20,285 bases of DNA from an uncultured Ruficoccus sp. (GTDB lineage: Bacteria; Verrucomicrobiota; Verrucomicrobiia; Opitutales; Cerasicoccaceae): assembly GCA_965140785.1 (NCBI GenBank), contig OZ223512.1:1-20285 (forward strand). Direction: 5' to 3'. The position numbers and the translations under genes were made by a program. The notes beneath the pieces were generated by a model. The model was not told the DNA's origin. It saw nothing but the letters and a program-made list of their open reading frames with translations, and made no database searches. This document shows, in pieces, positions 1 to 9,346 of the stretch. Position 1 is the first letter of the stretch. Each line of letters opens with the position of its first letter.

Positions 1-1019
1 TAAAACAAATGATGAATTTGCCTTATTTGGCTGGATTTGCAGCATGGAATTTTGCCGATTTTGGATCGGAAAGGCGAAATGATGCAATACCACATGTCAA
101 TCAAAAGGGCTCATGAATTTCGACCGAACAGAAAAGGATGTTTGTTCGTTATATCGAGCCTGGTTTACTGATGATCCCGTTTTGTATATCGCATCGCGAA
201 ATTACACTAAGCGGGCAGGAATAGAAAATATCAAAGAAAACGGGGGTTTGTTTAGACTCTGTAAAAATATTCTCAAATGAACAGAGTGTGGAGCTTTTTT
301 TGAACGGCAAATCACTTGGAGAGAAACAAGTTCTGGATTATGAAGTAAATTTTGAGGTTCCTTTTCGGGATGGAAAGAACTACTTGTCAGCTGTTAGCAA
401 TAACAAACATTCCGATCAAATTACAATAGATTATACAGTTATATCAGCTAACACAAAAAAGGATGGTATAAAAGATCTTGCAATCAATGTTGGGGCAAAA
501 GTATCTTTTTATGATCCTGAGACCAAAGTGTTGTGGATCCCAGATAGACAGTATACTCCTGATTCATGGGGCTATGTTGGAGGAGCACCATATGTAACAA
601 AAGGGCAACCAGCTAAGACCGGTATTTCAGATAACATCCTTGGATCGGATTGTGATCCGTTGTATCAAACTTTTGTAGAAGGAATTAACAGCTATAGGTT
701 TGATGTGCCAAATGGAAAGTATAAACTAACTCTTTGTTTTCAGGAATATATATCCAGAGAAAAAAAGGATGACCTGATTTATAATTTTTCGACAGACAAT
801 ACAGGCGAGGAGGCTGATGAGCCTCGTGAGTTTGATATTCTGATTAATGGAAAGGAAGTTGTTAAAAATCTGAATCTGGAGCAGAATTACGGAAGTAAAA
901 GAGCCGTATCATTTTTCTTTGAGGTGGAAGTTGCAGATGAGGGCGGATTAACCGTTGATTTTAGTCCGATATCAGGAAAAGCATTATTAAGTGGTATACG
1001 CTTATCGTACTGTAAATAG
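1..1019 (+). CDS. Glycoside hydrolase family 2 (beta-galactosidase/glucuronidase-like), 3' part with C-terminal malectin-like domain; 5'-truncated by the window; two apparent frameshifts (~107-110 and ~237-246)
   Basis: Manual translation from base 3 gives ...PYLAGFAAWNFADFGSERRNDAIPHVNQKG, then in another frame MNFDRTEKD...YRAWFTDDPVLYIASRNYTKRAG, then VKIFSNEQSVELFLNGKSLG, joining ORF 288-1019. WNxxDF and NxKG are typical of the end of the GH2 catalytic barrel. AINVG...LYQT...YRFDVPNGKYKLTLCFQE...FDILING is malectin-like. Confidence 0.85.
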
Positions 1020-1200
1020 GGGATATAAATAAATGAGACACGCTTTTATGAGACGAAGGGGTTATTGCAGTATTTCTATCTTATTAAAGATTGCTTTTGG
1101 GGGATAATTGAAATACCACGGGTAATTAAGCTCTGGTAGAATTAAGCAAAGTATTCTTCTCTGGATTTGATTTTAAAATCAAGTCTCGTCTAACTCAAAT

Positions 1201-1370
1201 TTTTTGACTTTTGTGGAAAATAAAAAAGCACTTAAAATATTTATTTAAGTGCTTTTTTATTTTGATTGAATTTCTACTGGTGCCCAGTGAAAGACTATTT
1301 TGGGATTTTATTTTTCGCTATAAATCAGTAGTTTATATATGTCAAAGAATTTTGTTCTCGGTAAAGTCTC
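1201..1370. mobile_element. att-like site, copy A: hairpin + core CTGGTGCCCAGT (1277-1288) + IHF-like box (1323-1335) + arm-like motif (1356-1369)
   Basis: 1201-1288 aligns nearly gap-free with 9419-9505. The core read on the minus strand contains CTGGGCACCA (acceptor-stem 3' strand, A, CCA). AATCAGTAGTTTA matches the IHF consensus WATCARNNNNTTR. TCTCGGTAAAGTCT is identical to 9381-9394. Confidence 0.75.
1217..1263. terminator. Perfect 20-bp inverted repeat; probable bidirectional intrinsic terminator within att-like copy A
   Basis: AAAATAAAAAAGCACTTAAA (1217-1236), 7-nt loop, TTTAAGTGCTTTTTTATTTT (1244-1263). Lies between the convergent GH2 and TolC genes and just downstream of the tRNA-like 3' end on the minus strand. 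Confidence 0.7.
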
Positions 1371-1521
1371 TCTAATTTTTAAAAATTTAATAATTAAATT
1401 GTATTCTATTTACAAAGGCTTTATAGAGGCTTTGCTGTAATGTTTGCAAACAGTTTTTAGCTATTCTGTAACAGCAATTGTTTTTTTTTTTACTGTTTCA
1501 CATCTGTTTCTGTTTACAAGC

Positions 1522-2868
1522 TTACCTCCCTGTTACCTGCAAATAATTTACTTTGGCAATGCGGTACTGTGTTAAAGCATCGGTTTATAGGCATTGTGCG
1601 ACTGCTGAAGTTGGGCTTGGGCATCAAGGACATCCGAGACATTGACCATACCGGCATCATAATTATTCTGATTGACTCGTAGGTTTTCTTCGGCCTGATT
1701 TACAGATTTTTGAGCCAAATTCACCTGTTTAAAGGCTTCGGTGAGCAAGTTTTGGCCTTGCTGCATTTGCAAGAGCAGTTTTTCATTGGTGTCGTTGACC
1801 TTATTTTTGTTTTGTTCCTCTTTAATGCGACGCTCTTTCATTTTATGCTTGGCTTCCCACCAACCGGAAATGGGAATGCTGATAGTGCCGAATGCCACTC
1901 CGTAATCACCACCGTCACCCATTTCATCCATAATATCAAGATATAATGCCCCTACACCAATTGCTGCCTGGGGCAGATATTCTCCGCGTTGTAGTTTGGT
2001 TTTATAGTGTTCGGCTTCAGAACTTTTTTCGAGCATCTTATATTCATTGCGATTGTGCAATGCCTCCAGATGGTTGGTGGCATAGAGTTCGGGAGTGCCT
2101 TCAACAATAACTGTATCGGCAAAGCTGATGTTGTTGTTGTATTGAAGTCCGATATATTGACAGAATGCTGACTTTGCCAGTTCTGTACCGTTGGTGAGCT
2201 TGCTGAGGTTTATTTTCAGTTCGTTTTGCTTAAGCTCAACCTTTAATAGATCGTTGCGATTAACCATTCCTGCTTCAAAGGCATTGGAGACATCTTTGTG
2301 CAGGGTGTCTAATAGCCGGATGTAGTCTTGGAGCGTTTTTTTCTTTTGGGTCAAGGAAATAATTTGCCAGTATTGCTTTTCTGTGGATAGTAAGACTTCT
2401 TTTTGCATTGCAGCGAGCTGAAGTTGATTGACTTCGACACCGATGTTGGCGAGTTTATTGCCTGTAACAATACGTCCACCGGCATAGAGTGGTTGCGTAG
2501 CTGTAGCTGTAGCAATCACTCCTGATTCCAGCATAGACATTGCCATTCCCGGAAAGTAGGCGAACTCGGTAGCTGTTTGCAAATTTGCAGGGTTACCGTC
2601 ATATACAGGAAGGTTACCTCCCGGTATCTCTACATCAATTAAAGGGTCGGAGAATTTGTAGGCATAGGCGGAGGCAGATACCTGGGGGAAGTATTTGGTA
2701 AAAGCAGCTTTTTTAATTTCTTTGGCGGCATCAACATCCAACTTCTTGTTTTTCATTTGAACGTTGTGCTCCATTGCCAAATCTTTGCACTGTTGCAAAG
2801 AGTAGGTTTGGGGCACCTGCCATACAGGGGATGGCAAGTGCGATAATGGATATGATAAAATATTTCAT
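1522..2868 (-). CDS. TolC-family outer membrane efflux protein (~448 aa reconstructed); two apparent frameshifts (GGGG 2810-2813, TTT 1584-1586)
   Basis: Signal peptide MKYFIISIIALAIPCMAGA from ATG 2868 joins QTYSLQQCKDLAMEHN of ORF 1572-2837 after removing one base. OEP motifs YFPQVSAS, TQPLYAGG, YLPQAAIG and GMVNVSDVLDAQ are present. The natural C-terminus TDALTQYRIAKVNYLQVTGR* continues in another frame to the stop at 1522-1524. Confidence 0.9.
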
Positions 2869-2881
2869 TTGTTTCTGATTT

Positions 2882-5800
2882 TTAAAGGTTACTATTAGGC
2901 ACTTTTTTGTTGTGCTTGTTCTTAAAACGTTTTCTGACATCTACTATTTTAACCCCATCGAATATCTTCCAATACATCACAGGAAGCACCAGCACGAGTA
3001 GTATCATTGAGAAGATGGTTCCCCAGAAGATAACAATACCCATAGGCGACCAGAGTGAAGAATTTCCGGTAATCATCGGGATGATGCCAATGGCAGTGGT
3101 TGCCGAGGTTAAGAAAATGGGTACCATCCGGCGAACACCGGCATCGTAAGCAGCCTGACGAGCAGGCATCTTTTGATTTACACGTAAGTTTTCTGCATGT
3201 TCAAACAATAAGATGGTGTTACGGATGGTAATACCGAAAAGACTAATTACACCCAGTATACAGGTCAAACTTAAGCGAACATCACTAAACCAAAGGCCGA
3301 ATGAAGTGCCGGGAATAATTAAAGCCAGCGATATAAGAGCTGCGAGTGCTACGCCAATCTTTTTAAATTTGAGTAGTAAAAAGAAGAAAATAATAAATAC
3401 GGCTATGATGAGCACCTCAACAATTGAAGGAACGATCTCATTGTCGCCTTCATACATTCCTCCATATTTGTATTGGATATCGTTGGGTAAAGTGGGTGCT
3501 ATTTCATTATCCATCACTTTTCTGACTTTTTTGAAAACTTTATTTTCGCTATAGCCACGTTGTACATCAGCCATTACGGTAATGGTTGGGACACCGTTTC
3601 GTCGAACAATTTGCCCGTCGTTCCAAACGGGATTTACATCAGCTATTTGTCGCAATGGTACAGATACCCCAGGAATAAGTGTTGAAATGTATTTATCCTG
3701 AATATTTGCGGGGTTGTCGTGATTTGCAGGCTTTTCTGTTTTCATCACGATGGATAGCGGGTAGTCTTTATCCCATACGGTTCCAACAGGAATACCGGTG
3801 TAGTAGCCTGTGAGTTCGAGCTCCGCCAGACTTCTCATAACACCGAGACGAGTGGCTTCGGTTGTATGGAGGTTGACTTCCATTGTAGGAAGCGGATTTT
3901 CGAAATTAGTATGGAGCCAAACCAGCCCGTCGATATGATGAAGACTGGAAATAATACTGTCGGCATAACACTTTAGCTGCCCAATATTGTCACCAGACAA
4001 ACGAATCTCAATTGGAATTTGAGCCAACTGATAATCGAGTTGCTTGAAGCGTACAAAAGCATTAGGGAAATAGTTTTGATAGCGTGGTGCATACCTCATT
4101 AAGGATAGCTATGGTTGCCTCGTTGGAACTTGTGTTGACAATAAACTGCGCGTAGTTTTCACCGCCTAGATTGGGGGCATAAGTTGCCTGAAATCGAGGA
4201 GATGCCATGCCTTCAAATGAAGTAATGGATTTGACACGCTTGTCTTTAGATAAGATGGTGTATAGGCTATCGGTCACCTGTGTGGTGTGATTTATAGGTG
4301 TGCCCTGGGGCAGGTATATCTCAACGGCAAACTGGTCTCTGTCAGCATAAGGGAACATTCTTTTGTCAAGGTTAAAAAAAGACAACTGTTGCTATGACTA
4401 TCAAGATTAAGGTTGTTGCCAATGTGATTACCGGGAAACGGAAAGTCCACTCAAGTGCTTTGTTGTAGCCATTCTGAACAAATGTATTGATGTTGAACTT
4501 TTTCTTTTGAGCATTGGGAATTTTTTTTGATGAAAAGGAACTCTAAAATAGGAATGTAAACCATTGCCAAAATGAATGAGACCATCAAGGATATTCCGAA
4601 AGTGAGTGGGAAATCACGCACGAAGTCGTACCAGATTCCTGTAAATATACTTAACACAGGGAGGAATATCGCACATATTGAGATTGTTGCCAGGAATATT
4701 GCCCCGCTGTAGGTTTTTGCACTTAATGCTGCAGCATGCCAGCGCGAGTATCCTTTGCTGAGGTATTCGAGATAGCCGTCGATAACAACCACGGAGTTGT
4801 CAACGACCATCCCCAGAATAACAATTAGAGCAGCCATCGTTACCGTGTTAAGCGGAATGTGTAGCAGATAGCATGAACGCCAATGTCGTAAAAACGGTGA
4901 TTGGGATTGTTGTAGAGGCAATAACAGCTGATTTGAACGGGAAAAGAATCATCATAACAAGGATAATAATGATGATGGCAACGACTAAATCGCGTAAAAA
5001 TGAATTGACGGATGTGCTTACCACTTTAGGCTGGTCGGCAATACGCTGTACTGTTACGTCTTTAGGGATATGGTTCTCAAAGTTTTTTAGAATCTTATCG
5101 ACATCTTTTCCGTATTGGACAATATTATACCCTTCGCGCATTTCCATCGAAAGAATAATTGCTTTTTTACTATTATTTAGGGCGTAGCTTTTCGCTTTGG
5201 GATATTCTGTTTTGATGGTGGCTACATCTTTTAAGCGGACTATATTCCCTTTGGGGTCGGAATAGATGATTTGCTGAGCCACCTCATTTTCGGTGTCGTA
5301 TATTGGTGCAATATGCAAGGGCATATTAACATCGCCCGTTTCAATCATACCTGAGGAGGTCGTAAGACTTTGTGCAAACAGAGATGTTGCTAATAGTTTG
5401 TAGTTGATACCGTAAACCGCCAACTTATCCCTATCGAGATAGACACTTATTTGCTCTTTCTGGGTGCCATAACGACGCAGGTTCGATGCCGATTTAAGTT
5501 GCCTCAACTGGTCTTCTAATTGGTCGGCATAGCTGTCGAGTTCGCGATAAGATTGGGTGTTTGACTCTAAAGCAATTAAAAGTGCAGAAGTGTCACCAAA
5601 GTCGTCTTGAGCAATTAGTGCGAGAACTCCTGAAGGAAGCTGCATTTTGAACTGCGCCAACCCGTGTTTTATTTTTGACCAGACTTCGTCTTTATTGTTA
5701 ACATTGTCTTGCAGTTCGACCATCACATAGACCATTCCATCGCGAGACATCGAGTAGGTTTTCTCCCGATTAATCTCTTTATAAGTGAACAAGAATTTTT

Positions 5801-6014
5801 CCAAAGGCTTGGCTAGTTGTTTTTCGACCTGTGCTGAGGTTGCCCCCGGGAATACTCCGACAACAACACCTTGCCGAATGGTGAATTCAGGGAATTCTTG
5901 CTTAGGCATATTCCATAAGGCATAAGCCCCTACGGCAACCAATACCGCCACAAAAAAGAACATCAAAGAACTGTGGCGCATGACGGATTCGATGATTCCT
6001 GTTTTCTTTTTCAT
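2882..6014 (-). CDS. AcrB/AcrD/AcrF-family RND efflux permease (~1042 aa reconstructed), split by four +1 frameshifts (~4871, 4521-4528, 4374-4380, 4094-4095)
   Basis: ORFs 4848-6014, 4451-4921, 4062-4385 and 2882-4099, plus a bridging frame (IPNAQKKKFNINTFVQNGYNKALEWTFRFPVITLATT), are consecutive RND segments: PGATSAQVEKQL, IVRLKDVATI, LGMVVDNSVVVID, GITIRNTILL, RRMVPIFLTSATT. Removing 4 bases gives 1043 codons including the stop. Confidence 0.92.
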
Positions 6015-7042
6015 AGTACTTCTACTTTTAATCCACCAGACATTTTTTGATAGCCCTCAGAGATGATTTGGTCGCCATAAGCCAATCCGCTTAATACCTC
6101 AACACCGTCGCCTTTTTGTTTCCCAATTTTAATAAGTTGTTTCTGACTGTGGTTGTCAACTATTTTCCAAACAAAGCTATTTCCATTGCCATCTGTTAGG
6201 ATACATTGGTTTGGAATGACAATGGATTGACTCTCTGAATCGTCATTAATTGAGACATTACAAACCATACCCGGAAGTAGCGTATTGTCCTCATTGTTGA
6301 TTAAAATGCGGATGGGATAAGTGTGTGAAATAAGATCGGCAACTACTCCCTTTTTGCATACTTTACCTGAAAAATACTGATCGTTAGTTGCTGATACACG
6401 AGTAGTAGCTTTTTGACCGATATAGATGGCATTTATCTCCTTTTCGGGGACGGCTATTTTGATTTTTATATCCTCAATTTGCAACAAGGTTAATACGGTT
6501 TGGTTGGGCAGTACATTTTCGCCAACATTCACCATTCGATTTCCTACAATACCAGTGAAGGGGGCATAGAGGCAGCTGTTTTCTAAATTTCTGCGCGCAA
6601 TGGCCTCAGCAGATCTTGCCTTTTCCAGGTTGGTTTTCATTTCGATGTATTTGATTTCGGGCAAACTGTTTTTGTCGTAAAGCGACTGCAAGCGTTTCAT
6701 AGCATCTTCAGCCTGCTTAAGCATTGCAAATGAAGCATCGTGCGCACTTTTTAGGTTATAAGCGTTTAGCTCAGCCAGGAGTTCGCCTTTTTTTACTCGC
6801 TGTCCTTCTACCACATTTATTTTTTCTATTGTTCCGTTTACGGGGAAGCTGATAGAGGCAGAAGCTCCTTCTTCTACTACTCCGATATATTCTTTGTCGG
6901 TGGTGTTTTGGTCGTGATTTACCTTGTAGGTTTTTACCATCACACTGTTCGCTTGGCTGGAGGGTTGCTTGCTTTCGTGAGTGGAACAAGCTCCAAGGAG
7001 GAGAGCAAATCCGAAAAGCTGAATAAAAAATAGTTTTTTCAT
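6011..7042 (-). CDS. RND efflux periplasmic adaptor (membrane fusion protein), lipoprotein, 343 aa
   Basis: Probable start ATG 7042 (MKKLFFIQLFGFALLLGAC, lipobox LGAC). Motifs VNGTIEKINVVEGQRVKKGELLAEL, LYAPFTGIV, LLPGM and EVLSGLAYGDQII. The stop overlaps the RND start (ATGA, 6011-6014). Confidence 0.93.
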   Translation of the reverse strand: MKKLFFIQLFGFALLLGACSTHESKQPSSQANSVMVKTYKVNHDQNTTDKEYIGVVEEGASASISFPVNGTIEKINVVEGQRVKKGELLAELNAYNLKSAHDASFAMLKQAEDAMKRLQSLYDKNSLPEIKYIEMKTNLEKARSAEAIARRNLENSCLYAPFTGIVGNRMVNVGENVLPNQTVLTLLQIEDIKIKIAVPEKEINAIYIGQKATTRVSATNDQYFSGKVCKKGVVADLISHTYPIRILINNEDNTLLPGMVCNVSINDDSESQSIVIPNQCILTDGNGNSFVWKIVDNHSQKQLIKIGKQKGDGVEVLSGLAYGDQIISEGYQKMSGGLKVEVL

Positions 7043-7085
7043 TTTCTGAATTTTGTTTGTTATTACTTGTTGAAATTTGTATTGT

Positions 7086-7667
7086 CTATCCAAATATTTT
7101 AGGCACCATAAAGTCAATGGCTTTGTTGAGTTTATCTTCGTCTAAAAAGCCGTCTTTCTTTATGCTGTAAAAGACCAGTCCGAGGAAGGCTGCCAAAAAC
7201 ATTTCTGAAATCCAGCCTATTTCTTTGCGTTTTATTTCACGAAGCTCTTTGAGGTCGTATCCATCTTCTAAAATTCGACTGATGTAGCTTTGCTCAAAGC
7301 TGATTATACTTAGCAGATGATTGCGATATAATTCATTCGATTGCTCTTGTTTGATGATACGGTAGAGATTCTTTTTGTTGATGACCTCTTTGTGGAACTC
7401 CCTGATGTAGGTTTTTAAACGGTCTAACATATTTTTCTGTTTATCGACCTTGCTTTTGACATGCCTTCTCAGGTTGAGTAGTTCCATCTCGACTACGGCA
7501 TCAAACACGTCTATTTTACTGTTGTAGTAGTGATAGAGCGTGCTTTTAGCTTTGCCACACTCTGCAGCAATTTCATCCATTGTGGTTTTCTTTAAACCGC
7601 CTTTTTGAAATAGCTTCTGCGCATTTAATAGAATCTTGCTTTGTATAGTGTCTTCTTTGTTTTTCAT
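7086..7667 (-). CDS. TetR/AcrR-family transcriptional regulator
   Basis: N-terminal HTH ILLNAQKLFQKGGLKKTTMDEIAAECGKAKSTLYHYYNSK; first gene of the efflux operon. Confidence 0.93.
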   Translation of the reverse strand: MKNKEDTIQSKILLNAQKLFQKGGLKKTTMDEIAAECGKAKSTLYHYYNSKIDVFDAVVEMELLNLRRHVKSKVDKQKNMLDRLKTYIREFHKEVINKKNLYRIIKQEQSNELYRNHLLSIISFEQSYISRILEDGYDLKELREIKRKEIGWISEMFLAAFLGLVFYSIKKDGFLDEDKLNKAIDFMVPKIFG

Positions 7668-7669
7668 CG

Positions 7670-7754
7670 ACCAAAATCAGTTTTTAGTAGTGTTTAAAAT
7701 CGACTAACTGTTATTTTGGTGGCAAAGCTATCTTGATAATGAAAGGTCATCAAG
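7670..7754 (-). promoter_or_regulatory. Candidate Bacteroidota sigma-A promoter of the tetR-efflux operon with a possible TetR operator
   Basis: Minus-strand TAGCTTTG (7723-7730) matches the -7 element TAnnTTTG, and CTTG (7751-7754) lies 20 bp upstream as an imperfect -33 element. An imperfect inverted repeat ACCAAAATCAGTT (7670-7682) / AACTGTTATTTTGGT (7706-7720) lies between promoter and start codon. Confidence 0.5.
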
Positions 7755-7854
7755 ACCTAAAGGAGAGATAAAATGTTCCTTTGGTTGAATTATTTGTTTT
7801 TTTTAGCTTCCCAAATCGAATAATCGTTACTTTTATTCGACAATAAATAGTAGT

Positions 7855-8736
7855 ATGGAAGAAAAACTTTTCAGTTTATCTATAGAGGAGCTTGTGGCGA
7901 ATGAGATGAGTGCCGGTATTGGTAATGATATTGTAGTAAGCTCGCAGCTAACAAAGTTTATAGATATACTCAACTTTCCTTTGCGTATAAATGCTTTTGT
8001 TTTCTTTGTGTGTACTAAAGGAAGTATCAATGTTACAATAAACCTGAAGGAGTGGAATGTAGTTAAAAATACTTATGTGGCAAGTTTGCCCGAAAATGTG
8101 ATTGGACTAAATTGTTTAAGTGACGATTTTGAAGGGGTTGTTATTCTGTTTTCTCTGGAATACCTTAGGAAAATCAGTGTTGATTTAAAGAATGTGTTAC
8201 CTTATTATACTTATGTAAGAAATAACCCCTGCTTTACTGTATCCGATGAAAAAGTATCCACAATAACACGTTTTTATGATTTGCTATATGATTCATTAAT
8301 AGATGAAAAAAGCAAACGAAGAGATGATATTATCAAGGGGCTTGTTATATCTATCATATCCAAAATAGCTGATGATGTAGATGGGATTAGCTTGACAGGC
8401 ACATCTTTTCAGATAAAAAGTAAAGAGTACTATTTTCTATGTTTTATTGATTTGTTACTCAAGCATTTTAGAAAAGAGCATCATGTTGGTTTTTATGCCG
8501 ATAAACTGGCTCTTAGCCCCAAATACTTATCTTCTATTATCAGAAAGACTAGTGGTTCTTCAGCTCCTCAATGGATTAATGATTATATTGTGGTTGAAGC
8601 CAAAACACTGCTAAAATCATCAGATATGAATATTAACCAGATTGCCGATTACCTGTATTTTCCGAACCCTTCGTTCTTTAGTAAGTATTTTAAGCAGCAT
8701 ACAGGATTAACACCCAAAGAGTACAGGAGTAAGTAA
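7855..8736 (+). CDS. AraC-family transcriptional regulator, divergent from the efflux operon
   Basis: C-terminal double HTH: VGFYADKLALSPKYLSSIIRKTSG...INQIADYLYFPNPSFFSKYFKQHTGLTPKEYR. Confidence 0.93.
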   Translation: MEEKLFSLSIEELVANEMSAGIGNDIVVSSQLTKFIDILNFPLRINAFVFFVCTKGSINVTINLKEWNVVKNTYVASLPENVIGLNCLSDDFEGVVILFSLEYLRKISVDLKNVLPYYTYVRNNPCFTVSDEKVSTITRFYDLLYDSLIDEKSKRRDDIIKGLVISIISKIADDVDGISLTGTSFQIKSKEYYFLCFIDLLLKHFRKEHHVGFYADKLALSPKYLSSIIRKTSGSSAPQWINDYIVVEAKTLLKSSDMNINQIADYLYFPNPSFFSKYFKQHTGLTPKEYRSK

Positions 8737-9085
8737 GGAGATAAAGGGATTGATGTATGATTAACACCTTTGGGGATTGGCATTTTTCTGTATCGTTTTG
8801 TTGCGTCGGGAAGTTTAGTTTTTTTGGGTTTTTATGTATTGAATTTAGTGAAGGGGAAACCCATGAGCTAAATATATGCTGGCTTTCTTAATTGCCCGAT
8901 AGGGTGGAAGTAGGCGGGCAAAAACTAACTCTTTTTGCACCGAACCTTTGTCAATGAGCCATTTTTATCAAGCTGTTTTTCAACTCAGGTTCTAATGTTT
9001 GTACTTCGACTTTGTTCATTTGCAGCTAACGGCAGTCTGACGGTGAGTATAAGAATCCTTCCTTTTGCTCAATTTCCTGACAAAT

Positions 9086-9208
9086 TCATCCAATCTTTTC
9101 CTGAAGATTTAAGTAAATTGTTATGATCCTAAATCTTACAAAAACAGGAACTTCTTCATTAATTTTCTGTCTCGCTTTTTTCACAATAAAGTTAAGAGTC
9201 AATCCCAT
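9086..9208 (-). pseudogene. Possible N-terminal remnant of a tyrosine integrase (arm-DNA-binding domain-like), 40 codons
   Basis: ATG 9208 gives MGLTLNFIVKKARQKINEEVPVFVRFRIITIYLNLQEKIG*. By eye the first ~27 aa resemble the N-terminal F-x-x-K-K...P-(V/I)-(F/Y)-x-R pattern of Bacteroidota integrases. It starts ~290 bp inside the att-like core and reads away from it. Confidence 0.45.
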
Positions 9209-9346
9209 CTTTTTTCCATTTTTAAGGTTAAAGAAAAAATTGGTCTCGATTGTAGCTTAAAAATACCCTTTTAGGGGCTCGTTTTCAAGATCAAATCGAG
9301 TCAATTTATATCAATTTAAATATTGAAATAAAGAGCTTTATGAGAA

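Noticed and set aside
4374..4528. Programmed frameshifting or phase variation at the A7/T8 runs in the RND gene
   Set aside because: Other shifts occur in very short runs or outside runs, and four simultaneous events would be needed; error or decay is more parsimonious.
1710..8030. Short ORFs 1710-1946, 2907-3149, 3213-3554, 4873-5187, 6771-6989 and 7833-8030
   Set aside because: They overlap well-supported genes on the opposite strand or in another frame and have no recognisable motifs.
8892..8921. TTGCCCG...CGGGCAA inverted repeat downstream of the AraC gene
   Set aside because: Only a 7-bp stem with a long loop; I could not assign it to a terminator, IS end or ncRNA.
8935..9126. 63-aa plus-strand ORF
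   Set aside because: TTG start, no motifs, and antisense to the putative integrase remnant.
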